DNA of 42,896 nucleotides, from assembly GCA_032718475.1 (NCBI GenBank), contig JAUCBJ010006970.1, positions 1 to 42,896 on the forward strand. Direction: 5' to 3'. The translations under genes and the position numbers were made by a program. The notes under the pieces are model-generated. The model was not told the DNA's origin and made no database searches. It was given only the letters and a program-made list of their open reading frames with translations. Positions 1 through 11,432 of this stretch are shown in pieces. Position 1 is the stretch's first letter; each line of letters opens with the position of its first letter. This DNA is from Nemertoderma westbladi. Its lineage: Eukaryota; Animalia; Xenacoelomorpha.

Positions 1-348
1 ACACGTCGACAGGAAAAATCGCTCTGATTGGCTCAAGCCAAACAAAGAACCTTGCATCTAATGGCTGTTTCCATGTCAGCAACCAGCTGCTAGATGTCGT
101 AATATGAATTATCACGGCTAAGCTATGAAAGGTAGTTGGTGCATTACAGGGTTTTTGCCTTACCATGTCCGCCAAAACACGTATATAGCAGAATGATTTT
201 TATGTCCGTTAAAACACCTGTAAAGGTACCTTGCGGGCGAGGGGAATATATATACAGTTAGAGAACCTTTTTAGAGTATTCCAGCGCCTGTGGGGAAACT
301 GGATTGCGAAGCAAAAGGGGCCAGTTATATCCCACAGAAGCTTTTACA
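1..348 (-). mobile_element. Partial LTR of the same BEL/Pao family as 10089-27276 (solo LTR, or 5' LTR of a neighbouring element); truncated by the window edge
   Basis: Aligns by eye at roughly 90% identity to 11008-11354 and 26930-27276, and ends at the same terminus (...GAAGCTTTTACA). It is followed by GTTAAC rather than the PPT-side sequence CCGCTCCC. Confidence 0.92.
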
Positions 349-479
349 GTTAACGTAACAGAAGGCCCAATAAAGTAATAGTTCATTCATTCATTTGTTT
401 AATTCGGACCAGCCGACAATAAAATCATTAAAATAAATATATAAATTACATAATCAATTACATAAATATACAACAGTTA

Positions 480-848
480 GGCCCGACGCACACTAGAGAT
501 GCAAGATTCAATAAGATGTAATTTTTTTTTAGAATACATTACTTCCTATCAGACCACGCACACTAGAGATGCAAGATGCAAAAAAGGACATCCTCGATGT
601 TCTATTTTTTGCATCTTATTGCATCTTGCATCTCGAATATATAGTAGAAAACATGGTAGACTATCGGGAGGCCGTACACTAGAGATGCAAGATGCATAAT
701 AAATTCTTTGAAATATACATTAATATAATCAAAGTATAATATATAAAATAAAATACGATGCATCTTGCATCTCTAGTGTACGTCGGGAACGATTTTTGCA
801 TCTTGAATCTTGCGTCGCGCATCTTGCATCTCTAGTGTGCGGCGGGCC
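480..848. mobile_element. PIF/Harbinger-type (Tourist-like) MITE, 369 bp
   Basis: 28-bp TIRs GGCCCG(A/C)CGCACACTAGAGATGCAAGAT with 1 mismatch (480-507, 821-848). TTA TSD at 477-479 and 849-851. Internal re-iterations of CACTAGAGATGCAAGAT in both orientations. Confidence 0.9.
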
Positions 849-1329
849 TTAATATGTGATAAATAATGACATAACACGTGTACTTCATGAAGTAAAAAGA
901 GGTTCGCCTCTTGATTGACTTATTGGAAATTTGGTACTTTTGATGGCGGCTAACCGGGTGTCTGCTTCATCTCGACGTTTGGATGATGTAGGGACTATTC
1001 ATATTGTTATGTATTGTATGTATTGTATTGCTGACCATATGACTGCTGTTATTTTATCGTGACCCAACTACTGTATCATAATAAATACTATAAAAAGGAG
1101 ATTCTCTGATTCTTAAAAGGTCATAATGACAGTTGTGACATCTGGTGACCTCCAAATTGGTATTGGTATTGAATCTTAAAACTGACTAGATAAAAATGTA
1201 CTCCAGATAGCATAAAATGGCACACAATTAAATCAAATTAAGTTATTTGAATTAAGGAACTAAATTTTCCGAATATGTTCTGACTAAAAAGAATATATCT
1301 GATAAAGCAATTAAAATAAATACGACTAA

Positions 1330-4300
1330 ATTATGGCAAAATATTCCTTTATTCGGTTTCGTTTTTCCAGCAATGTCAGGGATTGTAAGTCGAAGCAGGC
1401 CGCAATGAAGCCGGCGTTCGCAGTATCTGCGAAAGTCGGTGCGCCCAAGACCATCCGGTTAACAATGGATTCCTTCGCGTACCGGTACATTAGTATAGAC
1501 TCGAGTCGCGGTAATGGATGTTCGAGAGCAGCGCTGTGATATGCACTAAGGATACCTTGGCCACCCTCGTTCCACCAGGTGAGAGAGTCGATACTGCGAG
1601 GCTGATAAAGGCACTATGAAGTGCCTTGTTGCGGCACTCGTTGTACCTCGTCAGTGTGCCATGATAAAGTGTGGCATTCCCGGATGTAGTGGCCAACGTT
1701 GAGTAGACTGCGGAGCGCGTTTCTGTAGGCGATATCGAGGGTGTTCACATCGTGTTGGTTGAGGGCTCCAATGTTTAATTTTAGCGAGTAGACAATAGCC
1801 GGTAACGCAATGGATTGCCACAGGTTAGACATGGCCGCCACCGGGAACCACCTCGTGGACCAACCCTTCGACTGAAACATGTGGGCCAGAGCAGCGATTT
1901 TCTGCACCGATGCGCCCAGAGGGTTGGTCATAGCCTGGGCTAAGTTGTAGCCCAGAAAGGTCCACGAGTTCTTGGCGGGGATCAGTTGGCCTTCTAATGT
2001 GATGAAAGTTGGGAGATGTAGAGATCGTTGGTTCGAAAAAACCGACCAGTTGATTTTACTCTTTTCCACCGACAGCTTTGTTTTTGGCGCTTGAGCTAAA
2101 TGTAGTGTACAGCTGCTCAATGTCTTTGGCGCTGTTAGCCATCAACAGAAAATCATCAACATATGAGATTGCTCCCAACCAGATCGAGTTGATTGAGTAT
2201 CCGATGTTTGTGTCCTGAAGGTCATCAATAATACTCAGAGTATATAGATTGAACAGGAGAGGCGATAGGAGCGACCCCTGTTTAACTCCGCGGGAGACTT
2301 GGATTCCGTCGCTGTCTACTATACCGGCAAACTTTAGGAATATCGTACTGACGGTGTAATAGTTCAGCACGGTCGCAACCACATGGGGGTTGACGAATTC
2401 CAACATCTTGCAACCGAGTGCGTCGTAGTCTACCGTGTCGAACGCCGACTCGATGTCCAGCTGACATACAAACAGTGGCGATTTTCTGGATAGATTGTTC
2501 TCCATACATTCTAGAATTGTCGCTATGGCAATATCACAGCCGATCCTGTCCCAATATGCAGTTTGATTATCGTGGAATTTGATATTGATGAGGAAGTCGG
2601 TGAGAACGATACGTTCGAACACCTTCGCCCAGATACTTATGGAAGCTATAGGCCTATAGGATCCAGTGTTGTGTATGTCTCTTCGCTTCCCTTTGTTAAG
2701 ACTTGATACGACCGAATTTCCAAACAGTTCAGGTACTTGCTTTAGATTAAAACAGGCATTGATTAAAGAGGCGAGATATTCACAGATCGTTTCTGGGTTC
2801 ATGTGCAGTAAATGTTCCACAAGGCGAAGTCAGGGAATTTCCCAGTCGATAATGAGACCACGGCTCGTCTCACAGCTAATGACGAGATTTGAGGGAGAAC
2901 CGTTTCCGAACAGTTCGGCGTTCAGAGTTTCACTCACTCCGCCGTCTCCACTGAACTTAGTGGCGTAGTGGTCTCGCAGGGGAGACTCCATCATTGGCGG
3001 GGCACTAGTAGTCTTTGCGCTATTAACGTTGGCCCAGAAGTTTCTAGGGTTTGAACTGACGTTTCTGGCCCATTTGTTTGTGGAATTGCGAACAAAGTTC
3101 TTTGATAAATAATTTTTAATCCTCCGAGTGCGCCGTTTCGACTCTTTGAACTCCGAACCTAGTTGGTCGGTGGGCTCATGGCCCGCTTCTTCCCACAGTT
3201 TATACAGCTGCCGTGTAATCTTCGCACTTGATTGTAGCAGTTTGGAACGTATTCGTATATTTTTCGTACAGCGTCTTTGTTTCAGCGTCGGGATGTATGT
3301 TGTTGCGGCCGCAACCACTGCACATTGTAGTTTGACCATGCAATTGTTTATTTCCTCGATGCTACCATTTTTGGCTCGAAGGTCATTGATCTCTAGGGCA
3401 GACTTTTCGACAGCGAAGTCAACTACCTCCTTATATTTATCTTTATCCTCATCCATTGCCTTCGCCCAATTGAACTTCAATTGACGTCATTTGTGCTTTG
3501 AATTGTGTGTATCACTATCAGCATTGCCGATATTTGAAGTGAGCTGAAAATTTGCAGTTACTGGAACCTGGTCGGAGAAGTTATTGGCTGGATCATCGTC
3601 GTATACTATTACAGTGTTGATGAGATCAAGCCCGGTGGTTGACTTCAGTATATGGTCGATATACGATGATGTATCTCTACCCTGTCCCCGGAAAGTTATC
3701 ACTGGCCCACTGAACTGAGTGTGAGTGTCTGCTGCGCATAACTCGATGGTGTTTAGGAATGAGTTCAGATGAATGCCTCTAGAATTTGGTTTTTCATTTG
3801 ATAGGTGTCCCCTCGCACATTGTAAGTTACCGACATCGGCATTGCAGTCCATTAGGACTATCGGAAGACACCCTGAATATTGAGTTATGAGGGAGCGTAG
3901 GTGACCCAGGAAACTGTCATACAAGGCGGTGCCCTTTGATTGATCCGGAGCATAATATGATAACACCAAGACCGGACACTCAGCATGGCGTAGGTCAGCA
4001 ATAACGCCAACTATGTCGTCGCCGCCGTTTACCTGAGACCAATTCCTCACTAAATCCTTCCTAAAGAATAAAGCGACGCCGCCCGCACGCCGTTTTCTAT
4101 TTGGATTTTCCATCAGAGAACTCACAGCGTAGACGCAGTCAAATTTATTGTCAAGAGGAAAGAGGCTGGCCTGACATTCCAGATCGTCCAACCAGTGTTC
4201 CTGTATTCCAAGGAAGTCACATTCATCAAGAAGTTTATTTATATAGTTTGTATTGCTTGAAAATCCGTTTGTATTTAGTGTACCACATCTTACAGCTACG

Positions 4301-4938
4301 ATTTCACTTCTCTCCTTGTTGTTTGACGTGTTAAAGTTGATACCGGCTCGGAAACTCTCTAGGATTAGTATATGATGATGGCTGTCCATTGCGATCTGGT
4401 TTCCACGATTGTTGTTCATCGCAGTCACAATGACCTGAAGGCTGTCCGTTGCGATCTGGTTTCCACGATTGTTGTTCATCGTGGTCATGATGACCTGAAG
4501 GCTGTCCGTTGCGATCTGGTTTCCACGATTGTTATTCATCGCGGTCACGGTGACATGAAGGCTGTCCGTTGCGATCTGGTTTCCACGATTGTTGTTCATT
4601 GCGGTCACGTTAACCTGAAGGGTGTCCATTGCGATCTGGTTTCCACGATTGTTGTTCATTGCGGTCACGATGACCTAAAGGCTGTCCGTTCCACTCTGGT
4701 TTCCACGATTGTTGTTCATCGCGGTCACGATGACCTGAAGGCTGTCCATTGCGATCTGGTTTCCACGATTGTTGTTCATCGCGGTCACGATGACCTGAGG
4801 GCTGTCAATTGCGATCTGGTTTCCACGAGTGTTGTTTGTTGGGGTCGCGCTGCCACGAGGATTGTCCGTCATAGTCTCGTTTCCTAGACTGATCTCGTTG
4901 CCCCCCATCCTAGTCTCCATTCCTCGAACGTTGTCCAC
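1330..4938 (-). pseudogene. LINE ORF2 (AP endonuclease + reverse transcriptase), disrupted by stops and frameshifts; C-terminal end approximate
   Basis: APE motifs TLNTNG, IQEHWL, GGVALFF, DCNAD, SYIDHI, SDQVPV. RT motifs SYRPIAS, DIESAFDTV, GVKQGSLLSPLLFNLY, YVDD, FLGY. Segments 4675-4938, 3487-4668, 2830-3480 and 2056-2820 are in one frame separated by single stops; frameshifts near 2080 and 1695. Confidence 0.9.
4380..4828. repeat. 60-bp tandem repeat, ~7.5 copies, in frame at the ORF2 N-terminus (TAMNNNRGNQIATDSLQVIV)
   Basis: Unit GCTGTCC(A/G)TTGCGATCTGGTTTCCACGATTGTTGTTCATCGCGGTCACGATGACCTGAAG starts at 4381, 4441 ... 4801. Confidence 0.97.
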
Positions 4939-7735
4939 GGGAGTCTAGTTGTTCGGTCCGGTTGCGATGCACCCAGGGTTGTCCGTTGGTATCTTGTTGG
5001 CTGTCATGGTCGTGTTGACGCGAAGGCTGTCCACTATTATCACGTTGAGTATGGGGGTCTTTATGCCGTCGGTGTTGTACGTGGTTGTTATGGTTATCTT
5101 CATGACGTTTTCTTTGTTCCACATATCTGGGATGATATTCCCAGTCGCGACATCGAATTCCAGCAGACCAGAAGTCGGATTGTTTTAGTGTCTCTGAATC
5201 GTTTAAATCCACGGTTAGTCGGATGTTAATGGAGTCACGGCTTAACCTGCATGATGAACGATGTACCTCAATTTTGTTACGGGTCTCTAGGTATTCTAGA
5301 ACATCATTCCCGTTATTATTCCTTCATACTCGGCTGATGAACAGGGAATGAAGTCGTCTCGAGTCTGAGCAGCGCAGTCTTTATGGAGGATCTCTGTTTG
5401 AGGCCGGTTTGCTCGGTTGAATGTCGTTCCCTCTTATAGTGTCTCTTTTTTGACCGCGGTTGTCACTCTTAGTTTCGATGCCCAAATTTCGTGTGTATTT
5501 GTTCTTTTTTGGTTTAACAGTTGTCCAGTCATCGGCGTTTGATTGTTGTGTCACGTCTTTGGATACAGGAGGCGCTGCTGGTGAAACTGGTGGAGAATTG
5601 ATTGAGTCAACAATCACGTATTCTTCTATTTTGGGCAAGCCATGAGGCGAGAGAGGCGTGTTTAGAATAAAGTCGCCCATTGGTTGGTTTTCTGTGACGG
5701 GCTCTATTATAGTGGTGATTGTTGAGCTGAGATTGTCGTATAGTATCTGTCCTATTGTTGGTTTATTCGAACTGAGTTTCTTGAATTTAGACTCCCACAT
5801 GACTCGATGGTGGCGTTCGATGCTCAGTTCATCCACCACACTTCCCATGCGCTCTTTGAGGTTGGAGTTCTCAGCCTCGATCATACACATGCGGGCCTGT
5901 AGGGCAGAGACAGCAGTTATGAAATCGTTCTTGAGGCCTTCCAATGTAATACCTTTATCCGTAGATTCAATCTTACACAAACGTTTGCGGCAGGGTTCTG
6001 TCAATGACCCATTTAGTCTACACTGTAGCACTTCTAGAACATCGGTTGCCAGGGCGCTTGCAGAGGATCGCGATTGCAGCTGTAGCGTTACCTGTTGGAG
6101 AGGTGATGTTAATTTAGTAATGCAGTTGAACAGGTCATTCCGAATATTTGAAATTTGCTCCATAGAATATTTATCTGATATGATTTTGAGAGCTTCTTTC
6201 CTAGGTAGATGCAAGATATTATCAAGTTCGCTCAGCGCTTGTTTGTGGTTTGGAGGGTTCCCCTCAGTATTCCGATGTTCGCTGAGATGGTTCCCCTCGG
6301 TAGAGACGGAGGTCGCTGGAGTGTAGTCAAAATCGATATCCACATCCACATTATTCGCAAGTTTAAAGTCTTTAAAACAGGACTGCAGCCAGCCCTGAGC
6401 CTTTGCACTGTCGTAGTGAATTGGCGGTAACTGATTCTTGTCCTGGGCTACTGTTAGGGCGCCCAGACCTACATGCACCCCGCAATCATAGCCGTTCCCC
6501 TGCTTACTTAACGTTGTATACTTTGATCCCACTTTCCATTTCTCAGTTACTTTATTTTTGCTCCGAGGATTATTTTTATCGATTGTGTTCAGAATATTCG
6601 CGAAGGTGAAGGTTATTCGCGTGGGCATCGATGCTCGGTTTGAGTCTATTGCGTACAAGGTACGTACTCTGGTGTCGGCCACGTGAAGGATGAAGTGATC
6701 TTTATTACAATCCGGCAAGAAGAGAAGAGTCGGTGCTATAGATTGATAGCGACCGAGATACCGGGTCACCACATATTGGATTGCGGAAAGTTGGCTACAG
6801 CCCGATGATCTCAGCTGCTCCGCGAGTTGGCTTGGTACAGGCGCTGTGGGGGGGAAGTGGAGTTGTATTAGTCCCATGAATCCATCCACAACATCATCAC
6901 TGAGCCAGGCTTTATTTTCGAGTGTTTTCAGTGCCGCGGGTAGGGGGATGGTTTTGGCAGTAAGGTTATCGGTGATTTCTTGTAGACATGTTTTTATCTT
7001 ATTTATTAGCTCCTGTGGGTCCAGTTTTTCGATCGCGTTAGGATATAATTCGCAACTGTCTACCTTAGTGGCTGGCCTTTCGTGTGTTATTGTTATAGGG
7101 TTGTCAATTATTTCGACATTTTCACCGATTTCGGCCGGTTCCTGGTGCGGCATTTTCTCGGAAGGTGTGCTTACTGAGACCGTCGTACTGAAATAGAAGT
7201 TAACAGAGTTCTCAAAATTTATAGCACTGGGGTTTAATTCCCCTCTAGTAATCCCATCGAAGGATCCAGGCTTTATCGTAATTGCACCTTTACCATTATT
7301 GGCTCCAATTGTCTTTTTGAAAATAGTTTTACTCTTTTTGAAGGAACTAGCTTCCGTTTGGACGGGTTCCGATATGTCGATGGAAGGTTCAGGTTTGACG
7401 AACGTTTCAGATGTTTCTGTGTCTGGAGAGTGCGGAATGGGAGATGGATGAGTTGGCAATTCAGAATGACCTGAAGTGGACAGGTCTATCGAGTTTATGT
7501 CGATATCTCCTTGAATTATTCCGTCAGTCGACGTTCGTTTCTGCGACATATTTTCTTTCATCCCGTTTCTCTTCTTTGCGTCTGCCAGTGGTTTGTGTTT
7601 AGGTTTCGATTGCAGTCCGAGCGATTCTCTCCGGTTTGTTCGGATGGCGATCGACTGCCTCGTTCTATGAAGAGGAGAGTTTGATGATCCGTGGCTCTTA
7701 CCAGCCGCGAGTTTTGCCGCTCCCGTTGTTAACAT
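4910..7735 (-). pseudogene. LINE ORF1 with Ulp1/C48-like cysteine protease, coiled coil and C-terminal RRM-like domain; two in-frame stops
   Basis: The 784-aa ORF continues in the same frame past TAA (5381-5383) and TGA (5324-5326) into SLFISRV...VLEYL...IRLTV...FWSAGIRCRDW, a typical LINE ORF1 C-terminal signature. Protease motifs WLSDDVV, NKDHF, YAIDS, KQGNGYDCG lie at ~6370-6935. Heptad-rich segment LKNDFITAVSALQARMCMIEAENSNLKERM. Confidence 0.82.
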
Positions 7736-8091
7736 GATTCCTACAGGTTGTGTGTATTCCTTGACTTAATCTTGGGGGATCTTCTTAGTCGAAGGAGGGG
7801 GTAATGGCTTGTAGGGCAACCCGGAGAACTGGTGCCAACTCAAACTTACGGTATGGTTACAGTTAAAATTATCACGAAAGTTAAGAGCAGTTTTTCGTAT
7901 TTTAGCAGTTCAGTTCAGTTACCTAGTAGCTAAGTACCTAGTTACCTAGTACCTAAGTCCAATCTTCGCCCGAAACAATCTTCGCATTCAAAATGTGCAA
8001 CTATTGCCCGGCGAAAACCTTCAGACCTTCGCCCGCAGGTAATCTTCGCCCCTCAATTGGTAACTAAAATGGTTATAACACAAATCTTATT

Positions 8092-9430
8092 AGACGTCTA
8101 CTTAACCGCACCCACCCACCCACATAAGCACGTGTACTTAACCGCACCCACCCACCCTCCTAATCACACCTACTTAACCGCACCCACCCACCCACCTAAG
8201 CAAACCTACTTAACCGAACCACCCACCCTCCTAAGCACGTCTACTTACCCGTACCCACCCACCCCCTAAGCACGTCTACTTACCCGCTCCCACCCACACA
8301 CCTAAGCACGTCTACTTAACCGCACCCACCCACCCACCTAAGCACACCTACTTAACCGCACCTACCGACCCCCTAAGCACACCTACTTAACCGTATCCAT
8401 CCACCCTCCTAAGCACGTCTACGTAACCGCACCCACCCACCCACCTAAGCAAACCTACTTAACCGCACCCACCCACCCTCCTAAGCACGTCTACTTAAAC
8501 GCACCCACCCACCTAAGCACGTCTACTTACCCGCACCCACCCACCTACTTAAGCACGTCAACTTACCCGCTCCCACCTACACACCTAAGCACGTCTACTT
8601 ACCCGCACCCACCCACCTACTTAAGCACGTCTACTTAACCGCACCCACCCACCCACCTAAGCACGTATACTTACCCGCACCCACCCACCTACCTAAACGC
8701 ACCCACCTAAGCCCGTCTACTTAACCACACCCACCCACACACCTAAGCACGTCTACTTAACCTCACCCACCCACCCAAGCACGTGTACTTAACCGCACCC
8801 ACCCACCCACCTAAGCACGTGTACTTAACCGCACCCACCCACCCACCTAAGCACACCTACTTAACCGCACCTACCCACACCCTAAGCACACCTACTTAAC
8901 CGCACCCACCCACCCTCCTAAGCACGTCTACTTAACCGCACCCACCCACCCACCTAAGCACACCTACTTAACCGCACCTAGCCACCCCCTAAGCACACCT
9001 ACTTAACCGCACCCACCCACCCTCCTAAGCACGTCTACTTAACCGCACCCACCCACCCATATAAGCACACCTACTTAACCGCACCTAGCCACCCCCTAAG
9101 CACACCTACTTAACCGCACCCACCCACCCTCCTAAGCACGTCTACTTAACCGCAAGCAGCACACCTACTTAACCGCACCCACCCACCCTCCTAAGCACGT
9201 CTACTTAACCGCACCCACCCACCTACATAAGCACGTCTACTTAACCACACCCACCCACACACCTACGCACATCGACTTAACCGCACCCACCCACCCACCT
9301 AAGCACACCTACTTAACCGCACCCACCCACCCTCATAAGCACGTCTACTTAACCGCACCCACCCACCTACATAAGCACGTCTACTTAACCGCACCCACAC
9401 ACCAAACTAAGCACGTCTACTTAATTGCAC
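8092..9430. repeat. C-rich minisatellite, ~36-bp unit
   Basis: Unit CTAAGCACGTCTACTTAACCGCACCCACCCACCCAC with variants, over ~1.3 kb. Confidence 0.97.
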
Positions 9431-10088
9431 CCAACCTCCCCTACCCCTACACACCTAATTAACCCGCACTCACCTACCCCTACCCACTACCTACCCCTAC
9501 CTACTTTATCTACCTTATTCAGACTCCACGGCAAACATTCTCGGAGCAATCAAGCCGTACCTGAAATTTGCAAAAACGGAAAGCATGGACAGTTTTCGCC
9601 AAAACTTTTTTTTACAAGAACCGTTTTTTGATAATTGTTTCCTATAAAATAATGCTAAGTATTTACATCCTAGAACATTCGATAATTATTGTAAATATTG
9701 TAGTTAATAGGTTGGTTGCTTTTTTTACGATATTATTAAATAAATGTGAAATAGTTAGTGCAGTTAGTTTTTATAATATCGTAAACATCATCACTGCACA
9801 AAAACGCGTTTTACACATCACATCTTTAAAACATTACCTTTATTCGCATGCGAAAATAAGGGTTACAGTATGCCAGAGCCAGCCTAGAGGCCAAGCAAGG
9901 TACCGGTATCCGTAGCAATGCAAGAAGCTACTGTAGAGGCGTCCTATTGGGTGCTATTTTTAGATCCTTCTCCCTTTTATTACCCCCTCATCCGTGCCAC
10001 CACTGGTTCAGCCAAACAACCCATGCAGCTCCGTAGCCCATCATTGTTCCAATTCTTCCGGTAGGCTATCATTACGGCTCTCCTAATT

Positions 10089-11354
10089 TGTACGCGCTTT
10101 TGAAGACCTTTAGCAGTTTAACCTGCCAAAATTTATATGTCTTTTGGTTTATAAATAGACTTTAGAAGATGACAAATATTTAATACCAATAAACACAACA
10201 TTAGCAGAAGCCAGCCTAGTGCGCGTCCATTCACCCGCTGGATATTCCCGGGAGACTGGATTCTGAGGGCTTAGATTATTATTGCAGTGTAAGCTTACTG
10301 TATTGTATTATTCGATTGATCATTAATAAATAATTTCTGACTAATATTATTCACTTTCGGGAAATATTAACAGTTCCTTTAGGACGTGGCGCTCTATCTA
10401 GGTAAACAGAGATATGACTTATACTAATCACAACGGCAAGTCGGTAAGGCTTATGATTCACGTATGAGGCGCATTCTTTAGGAAATGCTTAGTTATCAGT
10501 CACAATCATGCACACTACCGGTAACACACAATACTGCTCACTAATTTGCCGACCGTCAATGAATTTTATCATATATAGAGAGAACAGCAACGGACCAATG
10601 TAGTGCTTTTCAAATAGCATTAAATTCACTACATACACAATAATATAAGTCGCAATCGCTATATATAACCCGTCTCTCTAACCTGTAGTGTATCAAGAAA
10701 ATTGGGAAATTTGGGTTCTTTATAAATGTTCTCCAAATAATATTCAACCAACTAATACAACATATGACAACAGTAAAAAGCATTAAGACGGTAGGTTAAG
10801 ATATGATATAACAATGTATGTGCCGATTGAGTCGTTAAGATTGATATGATAACAGTTATACGCTCTATAATCTTAAGCCTACTAATGTTTCTTCTAAAGT
10901 ATGAAAACGAATTGACTCTAGAGCCGGTGTTCCTGGCCTAGATACAAACAACAGTATCACAAAAAACAGTAAGACTGAACACTCCTAGTATGATCGACCG
11001 AATATCTACACGTCGACAGAAAAAATCGCTCTGATTGGCTTAAGCTAAACAAAGAACCATGTGGCCAATGGCTGTTTCCATGTCAGCAACCAGCTGTTAG
11101 ATGTCGTAATATGAATCATCCCGGCTAAGCTGTGAAAGGTATTTGGTGCATTGCAGGTTTTTTGCCTTACCATGTCCACCAAAACACGTATATAGCAGAA
11201 TGACTTTTATGTCCGTTAAAACACCTATAACGGTACCTTGAGGGCGAGGGGAATATATATATAGTTATAGAGCCTTTTAGAGTATTCCAGCGCCTAGGGG
11301 GGAAACTGGATTGCGAAGCAAAAGGGCCAGTTATATCCCATAGAAGCTTTTACA
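10089..11354 (-). repeat. 3' LTR of the BEL/Pao element
   Basis: Near-identical to 26011-27276 (about 5 substitutions seen by eye). Confidence 0.97.
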
Positions 11355-11362
11355 CCGCTCCC
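11355..11362 (-). other. Putative polypurine tract (GGGAGCGG)
   Basis: Short purine-rich run on the - strand directly abutting the TG of the 3' LTR. Confidence 0.6.
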
Positions 11363-11432
11363 AGAAAATGGGATTTGAGTCTATAAAATATACAAAATCA
11401 CAGTTTCTAATATACGTAAATACTCTAAACAG

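Larger units (their letters stand above)
382..7900 (-). mobile_element. Decayed APE-type non-LTR retrotransposon (LINE), RTEX-like; 5' boundary approximate
   Basis: ORF1 followed by an APE-RT ORF2 on the - strand. The candidate 3' end reads ATTAAA-CAAA-(TGAA)3 on the - strand at 403-382, after an AT-rich 3' UTR. No TSD identified. The clade call rests on the QEHWL-type APE motif and the microsatellite tail. Confidence 0.75.

Noticed and set aside
7900-7960. Target-site duplication for the left LINE
   Set aside because: No match found between sequence left of 382 and sequence near the presumed 5' end, so the boundary remains approximate.
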